Positions 56,250 through 64,000 of a DNA stretch of 64,000 nt are shown piece by piece. Made by a program: the position numbers and the translations under genes. Location: the IMG/VR virus record IMGVR_UViG_3300027987_000368, positions 1 to 64,000 of that record; one strand, 5' to 3'. Below the pieces are notes generated by a model that was not told the DNA's origin, ran no database searches, and worked only from the letters and a program-made list of their open reading frames with translations. The stretch is from a virus. Within the stretch, counting starts at the first letter, position 1. The number at the start of each line of letters is the position of its first letter.

Positions 56250-56873
56250 TCAGGTCTTCGCCTTGATGCGCCGCTTCAACAGCTTGACGACAGGCGCCCG
56301 ATCTTCGCCGACGATCTCAGCACCGAGAGCTTGCTGCAGCGCAGCTGCATCGAGGTTCTTGATCGCGGACTTGACCTCGACGAGATCGAGCCCGGCGAGA
56401 TCAACCTCGCTTGACGCTGGGGGAACTTCGCTGGCCCCGCCGTCCAGCCTCGCCACCACCTTTTCGAGCTGCTGCGCGAGCATCTCGTTGCGCGCCTCCA
56501 AGGCTGCAAGCTGGCGCCCCTGGGCGAGCTCTCGCTCCGACCTGGTTGCGGCGTCTCGGGTGCGGTAGTGGCTGCGCAGGCCAGGCCGCACGGGGACGAC
56601 GTGGACTTCGTCGCCGGCGACCGGTGTTCCGACCTGGAGGATCGGCACCATGCGCTTGCCGATCCTGACGCGGTCGTTGAAGAGGTGAGCAAAAGCTCCA
56701 CCCTTGGCGCGCATCGTCGCGCCCTTCCCCTTGAAGCCACCGGTCCCGCGCTCGATATAGCCGCTCGGCACTTCGTTCCACCCCCGCTCGAGGCGCACTC
56801 GTTCGCCGCCGACTTTGGGCGTCAGAAAGAGCGGGTGCTCACCGTTGTTTCGGATGTTGATTGTCTCGGTCAT
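56250..56873 (-). CDS. Hypothetical head-module protein
   Basis: ORF directly after the capsid gene. Confidence 0.6.
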   Translation of the reverse strand: MTETINIRNNGEHPLFLTPKVGGERVRLERGWNEVPSGYIERGTGGFKGKGATMRAKGGAFAHLFNDRVRIGKRMVPILQVGTPVAGDEVHVVPVRPGLRSHYRTRDAATRSERELAQGRQLAALEARNEMLAQQLEKVVARLDGGASEVPPASSEVDLAGLDLVEVKSAIKNLDAAALQQALGAEIVGEDRAPVVKLLKRRIKAKT

Positions 56874-56896
56874 CGCGTCCTGGCCTACGTCAGATC

Positions 56897-57988
56897 TCAA
56901 ACACCCCAGCCGGCGCCCTTGCCGTCCAGGAACAGCACACTCTCGGTGTTGGTCACCTGGACGCCCGCGAAGTACGACCAGACCGCGACCTCCATCATCC
57001 ATGGGTTGCCGGGCACCATCACCGGCTGCTGGATCTGAGCGAACACTGGCATCGTGCAGCGGATCAGATCTGCGCGGGGCGTCAAGAACAGCGCTCCGGG
57101 ATGACCCTTGCCGTCCGCGTCGGACATGCCGGGATCCACGACGATCTCCAGCTGTTCGTTGTTCTCGAGGATGTAGTTGCGCAGCGTAGTGTCGGTTCCG
57201 CCTGGCGAGAACTGCTCGGTCTTCATGTGCCGCGCGACCAGGCGCGGCAGCACCAGCAACTCTGGCTCTGGCTCTTCGCTGTCCTGCCCGTAGATCGCGT
57301 CGATGCTCTCGTTGAACTCGTCGTAGATCGGGCCAGCGTTGGCTGTAGCCCAGTCGACCGTCGAGACCTTCTGCAGGATCCCCGGGTAGTTGGCTACGCC
57401 GCGCAGTTTGTGCGCCACCGAGCCACGCCGCATCAGTCGGTTGATCGCCTCGTAGTGCTTGCGACGGGTCGCGGTCCCCTTCGCCTGTTGCTTGTCATAG
57501 TTGGACCGAGCCGCCTGCGCGAGTTCGAAGAACCCGATCTGCATCTTGTGCTCGATCTTGTGAAAGTTCGCGGTCTTGAGTTCGGCGATGATGTCGACGG
57601 TCCGCTCCTGCGCTTGGTCGAGCGCCGTCAGGCCATCGTCCTGCGTCGAATCGGTGACGCCACCCTCTTCCCATTCGAGGTGCTTATCCCCGATGCCCGC
57701 GCCTGAGTCGGTGATCGTGATGATCGAACCGTCGGCAAACGGCGTCTCGAGCTCGGGCTTCATGAACAGCCCAGCGATCATCGCCGTCGTCGCGCACCGC
57801 GATGCCGTGTGCAGCATCGAGTCGTTATTCGCGAACATCGACTTGAACTGAGGTGTCTTGCCCCAGTTCTGCATGGCCATGTCGCCCACAGCGTGGGCGA
57901 TGACCTCGAAGTGCTGATCGAGAGCCTCCTGCTTGTGCCAGGGTTGGCGAAAGTCGAGCTTGGGTTCACGTTGAATTCGAGCGTTCAT
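56897..57988 (-). CDS. Major capsid protein (DUF2184-type)
   Basis: ELAQAA, G......GVANYP, P..LVLP, TTLRNYILENN, AGVQV; position. Confidence 0.85.
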   Translation of the reverse strand: MNARIQREPKLDFRQPWHKQEALDQHFEVIAHAVGDMAMQNWGKTPQFKSMFANNDSMLHTASRCATTAMIAGLFMKPELETPFADGSIITITDSGAGIGDKHLEWEEGGVTDSTQDDGLTALDQAQERTVDIIAELKTANFHKIEHKMQIGFFELAQAARSNYDKQQAKGTATRRKHYEAINRLMRRGSVAHKLRGVANYPGILQKVSTVDWATANAGPIYDEFNESIDAIYGQDSEEPEPELLVLPRLVARHMKTEQFSPGGTDTTLRNYILENNEQLEIVVDPGMSDADGKGHPGALFLTPRADLIRCTMPVFAQIQQPVMVPGNPWMMEVAVWSYFAGVQVTNTESVLFLDGKGAGWGV

Positions 57989-58019
57989 GTTGTCCTCGTG
58001 TGGCTCACTGAGCAGCGGC

Positions 58020-58802
58020 TCACTTGAGCAGCAGCATGGCGGTCAATTCGCCGTTCGCGTCGGTGTAGGAGAGAGACGTCCAGCGCGCGTTGTCGAGAAG
58101 CTGAGTGTCGGTTCCGTCGGCGGAGATGCGGAAGGCTCCGTTCTCCTCGGCGCCGGCGTCGACCTTGCGAGCGTAGACGGGATCGTTGAGCGAGGTCACG
58201 GCCTCTTCGACCGAGACCGGGATCTCGCCCTGCGTCACCACGTCGACGTTGGCACCGACAGACCAATGATCGACATCGGCCGAATCGCCCGTGCTGCTTT
58301 CGAGCTCCGGGCCGATCGCCGTGACACCGAAGATCAAGCTCTCGGTGTCGGCCAACACGAGTTTGCGGAGGTGCCCGTCGTCGTTGAGCGAGACGGCGAG
58401 ACCTGGACGCAGAGTATCGTTGGCCTCCGTCACGTCGGTCAGCGTCATGAGGGCGCCGACCGGAGCGACGGGCGTCGACAGGGTGAAGGTCTGATCGAGG
58501 TTGCGCGCCTCGAGGAACAGAGTCGCGCCAGTGGCTGTGCTCTCGGCCACCTTGACGACGACGGCGAGTGAGTCGGCCTTGGCCCCGAGCGCGACCACTG
58601 TTCCGTCGAAGTCGGTCGCTGCCACATTGACCTCAACCAGAGTCCCGTTGAACAGGAACGAATAGATGCCGTCGGCGTAGACGAGAGTCAGCGCGACCGA
58701 CCACTTGGTGGGATGGCCAGGCCATACTCGGCTTCGAATGTCTCCCCGGCTATGGTCCTGGATCTGTCCCCGCATGGCGGGATTGGTCGTCGACAAAGAC
58801 AT
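58020..58802 (-). CDS. Head decoration/cement protein
   Basis: Upstream of the capsid gene; V..VTQG.I.V, DPVYAR, GAFR, NARW. Confidence 0.7.
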   Translation of the reverse strand: MSLSTTNPAMRGQIQDHSRGDIRSRVWPGHPTKWSVALTLVYADGIYSFLFNGTLVEVNVAATDFDGTVVALGAKADSLAVVVKVAESTATGATLFLEARNLDQTFTLSTPVAPVGALMTLTDVTEANDTLRPGLAVSLNDDGHLRKLVLADTESLIFGVTAIGPELESSTGDSADVDHWSVGANVDVVTQGEIPVSVEEAVTSLNDPVYARKVDAGAEENGAFRISADGTDTQLLDNARWTSLSYTDANGELTAMLLLK

Positions 58803-58850
58803 GATGTGCGGTCCTCTTGGTACGTGGTGGGGGCGATCTGCCGAAATGGT

Positions 58851-61151
58851 TCAGGTCGTGGTGGCAGGCTTGCCGTAGACGGTGGTGGTGTCGATCTTCG
58901 GAACGATGATCGACACCGCGGAACCGTCCCTGCTCGACTTGCGAGCGGTTGCATGGCGTTTGGTCGCGGCGTATGCGTGATTCACGAACGCGTCGAACGT
59001 CGGAGCCGGCTTCTCCGGGTCGGGTCCTATCGCACTGTCGAGGTCCACCTTAGCGGCCGGGTCGAGGTCGAGGATCGCGGCGACGCGCATCGAGGTCATC
59101 GAGTCGGGTCGCTTGCCGTCCGACCACGTGGACACGAGCTGCGGACACAGCGGGGCGATCTCTCGCTCGAGCTCACGCATGTCGGCTTCTGCCTTGTCGG
59201 CCTCCAGCTTGTTGACGGTACGCGTAAGTGCGGAGAGCTCTCCCTGCGCGGCCGCGAGGTCGGTCGTCAGCTTGGCGGAGTCGCCGTGCACCTTGGCCTG
59301 CGACGCTCGGATGCGGGCAGCGGCGTCCTTGCTGACGCGCAGCTTGACGCCGTCCAACTCCATCATCTCGCCGCCGCCCAAGGCCTGCTTGACCATCTCG
59401 GGGTCGAGCTCGAGCGCGGCGGCAATCGCCTGCATCGCACCGTCTGCGGCCTCGGGGCTATCCGCGTAGGCGTATGCCTTGATCGCGTCGAGCAACGCCA
59501 TCGCGGCCTCGGGGTCCATCTGATCTTTCTTCGGCTTCGTCATGTCGTGTTCCTTGCTGGCCTCAAAAACGAAAACGGTCGCGCCGTCGATCAGCACTCG
59601 AGCCTTCGAGCCCGCACGTGCCTCATCAACGAGAGATTGATGGTTCACCTCGATGTCGGTCTGCCGATACGTGTACCGAACCCCCTGCGCATCGATGCCT
59701 GGGTCTCGCACCGCGAGCGTGGTGTAGCCGGTCGACAGCTGCACCTTGCCGTCACGCATCTTGCGGATCGTCGAGATGTCGCCGACGCAGATCTTGACCT
59801 TGACGAAGCGTAGGCCGTGCTCGTCAGCGGGTTCCAGCGTCGCCCCCGTGCCGAGCATGCCCCTGGCGTACTCGCGCCAGTTGTCGGCCGTCACGAGGAC
59901 TGGCGGATGGTCGTCGGTGAACGTGGCGAAGTCGAAGCTCTTGAGGCTCTTCTCGACTTCGTCCTCGCTCCGGTACTCGTACCAGGTGCTCTTGCCGTCG
60001 CCGTAGAGCTGGGAGCCCGTGCGCGCGGCGTAGCCCGTGACGATCAGCCGGCCGTCGGTTGTGACCTTGTCGGCGAACCCGTCGGCGCGCAGCCGCTCCG
60101 CGATCGAGTTGACCTGCGCAGCATCGGTCTTCGGGCCGAGCTCGTCAGCGATGGCGAGCGCGCGGTCAACCGCCACGCGGTCTTCGGCACCGAGCGCGAA
60201 GTCCATCGTGCAGGTGCGGAAGACCCGGTCGGTCGAGTCGGCCTGCACGGTTGCGTTCGCCACGGTAGTCAGCAGCGCCAGAGCGCCCGCGAGCGCCTTG
60301 TCGGTCCAGCCTCGGGCGGCACGCTTGATCGGCGGCAAGGCCATAACTCCGCGCAGCGCCTGGGTGACGCTGTCAGCGGTCGGCAGCTCGGAATCGTCGG
60401 TCGCATCGGTCCAGTGCCCCCAGTCCCGAAGCGACGCGTCGCGCTCGCTCGGACCTTCGCGGCCCTCGATCACAATCGGTTCCCCCTGCTCGACCTCGGA
60501 CATGCGCTTGACAAACGCGATAGCCTTGACCGCGTCGTCGTAGTCGCCCTCGGTCCAGTCGGACATGGGCTTTTCTTTGAGCGCGATCACCCGGCGCAAC
60601 GCATCTCGGGCGCTCTCTCGAGCGGCGCCTTCTTTGCGGTTCTCCCCCGCATATGGGCTCGCTGCCCAGTCGCGCATCTGCGAGGGCGTCATAGTGATCA
60701 GCCGCGGAAACTCTTCTCGGATCTGCGCCTGCTCATCTTCGCTGCGCGCGACATCGCCGTGAATGTCATGGTTGGCGCGCAGCTTCTCGAGCATTCCCTG
60801 GAGCGTGGTCTTGGCCTCGGCTCGGACTGCGTCCGACAGACCCTCGGTCTGCGACAGCCGGGCGAGCGCGTTGCGGATCGCGTTGCCGATGCCGACGAGC
60901 TCGCCGTCCTCGACGTACGCGATTGGCAGCTTGAAGCTCGCGCGCGTGATATTCTCGCCCGTAGGTGGATTCAGATCGGCAACGACGAAGCCCCTGGAGG
61001 CCTTGGCCCAGTCGACCTCGTCATCGTCCCCCGTAGCCCAGTCGAAGATTTCGCGCTGGCCACGAGCCCCGTCCCACTCGCCCTCGCGCAAGGTCATCGT
61101 GGCGTCAACCGTGACGGCGAATGCGTCTAGGCGTGCGGCGTGCCCGGTCAT
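58851..61151 (-). CDS. DUF2213 prohead protease/scaffold with N-terminal extra domains including a DUF3140-like one
   Basis: ARTGSQLY, TDDHP, QLSTGY, NHQSLVDEARAG. Confidence 0.85.
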   Translation of the reverse strand: MTGHAARLDAFAVTVDATMTLREGEWDGARGQREIFDWATGDDDEVDWAKASRGFVVADLNPPTGENITRASFKLPIAYVEDGELVGIGNAIRNALARLSQTEGLSDAVRAEAKTTLQGMLEKLRANHDIHGDVARSEDEQAQIREEFPRLITMTPSQMRDWAASPYAGENRKEGAARESARDALRRVIALKEKPMSDWTEGDYDDAVKAIAFVKRMSEVEQGEPIVIEGREGPSERDASLRDWGHWTDATDDSELPTADSVTQALRGVMALPPIKRAARGWTDKALAGALALLTTVANATVQADSTDRVFRTCTMDFALGAEDRVAVDRALAIADELGPKTDAAQVNSIAERLRADGFADKVTTDGRLIVTGYAARTGSQLYGDGKSTWYEYRSEDEVEKSLKSFDFATFTDDHPPVLVTADNWREYARGMLGTGATLEPADEHGLRFVKVKICVGDISTIRKMRDGKVQLSTGYTTLAVRDPGIDAQGVRYTYRQTDIEVNHQSLVDEARAGSKARVLIDGATVFVFEASKEHDMTKPKKDQMDPEAAMALLDAIKAYAYADSPEAADGAMQAIAAALELDPEMVKQALGGGEMMELDGVKLRVSKDAAARIRASQAKVHGDSAKLTTDLAAAQGELSALTRTVNKLEADKAEADMRELEREIAPLCPQLVSTWSDGKRPDSMTSMRVAAILDLDPAAKVDLDSAIGPDPEKPAPTFDAFVNHAYAATKRHATARKSSRDGSAVSIIVPKIDTTTVYGKPATTT

Positions 61152-61357
61152 CCATGCCTCACAACGGGCGTCTCGTCGTCGACGGGCTTCTCGTCCTTGG
61201 TCGCCTGATCACGCTTGGCCTTGGCCTTCTCGGGCTTCGCTTCGCGTTCGCGCGACGTCGACGAGTTCGTGTTCACACCAAATTGGTACAGCGTTGCGCG
61301 CGTGCTTGTCTTGCCACAGCTGTCTCTGCAAGGGATCAAGTCTTGACGTTTCGGCCG

Positions 61358-62026
61358 CTACATTGCGATCGGGACATACAGACCGATGGGCGATCCCTCG
61401 ACGAGATCCTGCAATCGAATCGATGCGCGCGCGCTCAGCTTCTCCACGCGGGCGACGAACACGTGGCCGAAGGTCGTGACTGTGACCAGACCGCGAGCTG
61501 CCACGCTCGCCATTCGCGACTCAACCTGCGCGCGCGCGTCGTCATCGCTCGAGGCCCGGACCCACGTCACGAGTTCATCGGACGCGCGCACGGGCGTGAC
61601 CGAGGGCGACCCGAGCACACCAACCCCGGAGACATCGACGCCCGCCAGATCGACCGTCACGGGGATCGCGGATCCCCGGACGCGAAGTCGCAGCGCGGTG
61701 TCGCCTGCGCTCGGCCAGACAGCGACAAGCCGCCGGCTCTCCGCCGGGATCTGGTCGAGCACCCGGCGAGCTGCGAACGGATCGCGGACCCCGACGCCGT
61801 CGACCTCGAACACTAGATCGAACAGCGGTGGCCCATCGAGCACGAGGTCGGCATGCGCCGATCCGGTGGCTCGAGACCACCGCCCGATCAACGTCGCGGA
61901 CGGCTGCTTCACGCCGGCCTCGACTTTCCAGATATGGCCGCGCCCGACCCCGACGCGCGCGGAGAGCTCGACCTGCGTCAGCCCGGCGCGGACCCGCTCG
62001 CGTCGAAGTCGGGATCCGAGGGTCAC
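61358..62026 (-). CDS. XRE-family HTH protein
   Basis: LGSRLRRERVRAGLTQVELSARVGVGRGHIWKVEAG..QPS. Confidence 0.8.
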   Translation of the reverse strand: MTLGSRLRRERVRAGLTQVELSARVGVGRGHIWKVEAGVKQPSATLIGRWSRATGSAHADLVLDGPPLFDLVFEVDGVGVRDPFAARRVLDQIPAESRRLVAVWPSAGDTALRLRVRGSAIPVTVDLAGVDVSGVGVLGSPSVTPVRASDELVTWVRASSDDDARAQVESRMASVAARGLVTVTTFGHVFVARVEKLSARASIRLQDLVEGSPIGLYVPIAM

Positions 62027-62397
62027 CGCGCCCCCACCACAACACCGCGCGCGAGCAAGAGCGGCCGCACTTCGTTCCAGACTTTCGCGTGCCCCTTGGC
62101 CATCGTCGCCTGGCCCTTCGACAGCTCCACGTGCGGCTCTGTCAGCACGATGATGCGTTCGCACGGCACGCCATCGGCGTTGGACTTGAGCCACTTTCGC
62201 AGGGCCCGCACGACCGCCACACCTTCGATCACCCACGGTCCGGGGCGCGCGAACCAGTCCATCGCCACGTGCTCGCTCACGCCCGACCAGTCGAATAGCT
62301 CGATCAGGTCGTCGGTGTGCAGCACGTTCGACATCGTGTTCGCCAGCGTCGTCTTGCCCGTGCGCGGGCCGCCGATGATGCAGATTCGCTCGGTCAT
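62023..62397 (-). CDS. Small P-loop kinase-like protein
   Basis: ICIIGGPRTGKTT, HTDD, WVIEG. Confidence 0.75.
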   Translation of the reverse strand: MTERICIIGGPRTGKTTLANTMSNVLHTDDLIELFDWSGVSEHVAMDWFARPGPWVIEGVAVVRALRKWLKSNADGVPCERIIVLTEPHVELSKGQATMAKGHAKVWNEVRPLLLARGVVVGAR

Positions 62398-62639
62398 CGC
62401 TCGCCACGCTTCTGCCGAGAACCTCGGTCCCGATCGTAGCTTGAGATCTTCTCGATGGATGCAACCGGGGCAAAGTCTTCGCATCCAGCGGGCGAATCGG
62501 CCGTCCATCGCCGATTCACAACGACCAGACTTCGATGCTTCGCGCCCTCTCCCACCACGAGACAATCCATGCGCGGCTCTTCCAGCCCGAACGCACACTC
62601 AGAGCACTTCACCGCGCCAGCGGGCTTCTTGTGGGTCAT
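62394..62639 (-). CDS. Small Cys-rich protein
   Basis: CSEC...C...CEDF; stop overlaps the kinase ATG. Confidence 0.5.
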   Translation of the reverse strand: MTHKKPAGAVKCSECAFGLEEPRMDCLVVGEGAKHRSLVVVNRRWTADSPAGCEDFAPVASIEKISSYDRDRGSRQKRGER

Positions 62640-62677
62640 CGATCCATGAATCCAACGCGCCGCTGGGTTGTTCCCGA

Positions 62678-64000
62678 TCACCGCTCGCCCCGAATATTCA
62701 GCTGCATGTGCTCGACGCCGACCTGCGCAGCCCGGGGCGCCAACTCGACGCCGCGGCTCACGGCCGACTTGAGCTCGCGGATGTTTCCCGGCCACGGGTA
62801 GACCAGCATCGTTGCGATCGCGGTCTCGGTGAACGCCGGGTCCGCGGACTCGTAGCCGCGCGCGCTCGTGTAGTCCGCGTAGATCCCTTGGGCGATCGTC
62901 ACGATGTCGGACTCGCGATCGCGCAGCGGGGGGATCTCGATCTCCACCTCCGCCAGCCGATAGAACAGATCAGGCCGCAGCACCCACTCGTCGCGGGCGT
63001 TGAGCGAGGTCGCCGACACGAGCCGGGCTTCGTGCGGCGCGGCCAGCACCCGCAGCAACGCGGACTGGACCTCGCGCGGCATGTCGCCGACCTCGTCCAA
63101 GAACAGGGTCCCGCCAGCAGCCGAGGCCAGGCCCTTCCGCAGCTGCTTCGCCGCGGCTGCGGGGTCGTCGGCGAGCTCGGCGCTGTTGATCGCCACGAAC
63201 GGGCCGTCGCCGACGTGGAGCCCCCTGGCGATCCCCTCTTTGCCCGTGCCGGTCTCACCGAGCAGCAGCACCGCGAGACCGCTGTCGCGGACGCGCTCGA
63301 GCACCGCGAAGATCTCCCGCATTGCGTCGGACTCGCCCCACACGTCGCCGAACTTCGTGGACTCGGACAGGCCGAGGTCGTCGAGGCGCTCGTCGGCGGC
63401 CTGCTCGAGCTGGGCCTGGGTCTTGCCCATGAGCGCCTCGGTCACCTGGGACAAGTAGAACTTCCAGCGGCCGGCGATCACGTGCCCGCGGACCTTGCCG
63501 GCCTTCGCCATCTTGATCAGCGTGCTCGACGAGACATTGAACGGCCGGCTTGCCTGCGCCGCGCTGATCATGTCCTCGCCCTCGGGGTTGTCGAGGCCGG
63601 ACGCCGTCGCCGCCTCGCGTGCTTGCTGTTCGCGCGTTTCCTTCGCTTCATAGTAGGCGTCGATGTCCGGGTAGTCCTCGCGCAGAGTTGGGTCACCCAG
63701 GATCACGTCGAGAGGCACGCCTGTTTTCACAGCATCCGCCGCGCGGGCATCGGCGTTGGCCTTCCGCTGCAGGGCTTTGTCCTTGCCGTTCGCCTCCTGA
63801 ATATCGCCCATGGTGACGATGAACTGCGTCGGCACGATGAGGCTCTCGCCAGCCAGCTTCGCCTTGTAGACCTGAGCGGCGAGCGAGATCTCGCTCCCGC
63901 GGGTGATCGCCGGCACGACCATCTGCTCCGCCCACCCGGCGACGAGATCGTAATAGGCGTCCATCGGCGCCGAGTTGTCGCCGAGGTTGCCTTCGGCCTC
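62678..64000 (-). CDS. Partial (5' end beyond the window): DUF1073-like portal C-terminus + excisionase-type HTH + sigma-54 activator-type AAA+ domain
   Basis: Frame open to 64000; GNLGDNSAPMDAYYDLV; HTH; VLLLGETGTGKE, GGTLFLDEVGDMP..VQ..LLRVL, RPDLFYRL, PPLRDR, YPWPGNIREL. Confidence 0.8.
   Translation of the reverse strand, partial: EAEGNLGDNSAPMDAYYDLVAGWAEQMVVPAITRGSEISLAAQVYKAKLAGESLIVPTQFIVTMGDIQEANGKDKALQRKANADARAADAVKTGVPLDVILGDPTLREDYPDIDAYYEAKETREQQAREAATASGLDNPEGEDMISAAQASRPFNVSSSTLIKMAKAGKVRGHVIAGRWKFYLSQVTEALMGKTQAQLEQAADERLDDLGLSESTKFGDVWGESDAMREIFAVLERVRDSGLAVLLLGETGTGKEGIARGLHVGDGPFVAINSAELADDPAAAAKQLRKGLASAAGGTLFLDEVGDMPREVQSALLRVLAAPHEARLVSATSLNARDEWVLRPDLFYRLAEVEIEIPPLRDRESDIVTIAQGIYADYTSARGYESADPAFTETAIATMLVYPWPGNIRELKSAVSRGVELAPRAAQVGVEHMQLNIRGER

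Overview
High-GC phage or prophage segment. The host is probably a myxobacterium of the Nannocystis/Plesiocystis/Enhygromyxa type; this is inferred from the (GD)n-type repeat, Cys-rich secreted proteins and a sigma-54 activator domain. The right third (43.5-64 kb, minus strand) is a contractile-tail virion module: partial DUF1073-type portal, DUF2213 protease/scaffold, decoration protein, DUF2184-type capsid, and Mu-like neck, sheath, tube, frameshifted chaperone, tape measure and baseplate. The left two thirds are a dense accessory region: RusA, 5'-3' exonuclease, ECF sigma factor, ArdC, four DNA methyltransferases, a TGT/DpdA-like protein, AlkB, an HD-deaminase fusion, SLOG-DUF4326, a Tad2-like domain, tRNA-fMet and many small hypothetical genes. 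Main observations: (i) a portal-like protein fused in frame to an HTH and a sigma-54 activator AAA+ domain lacking GAFTGA; (ii) a run of unrelated genes each preceded by a related hairpin; (iii) C5 and Dam-type methylases with tandemly repeated variable regions; (iv) two families of dispersed palindromic operators. All family assignments come from motif recognition by eye; no database search was run. No integrase, large terminase, endolysin or long tail fibre was recognised in the window.
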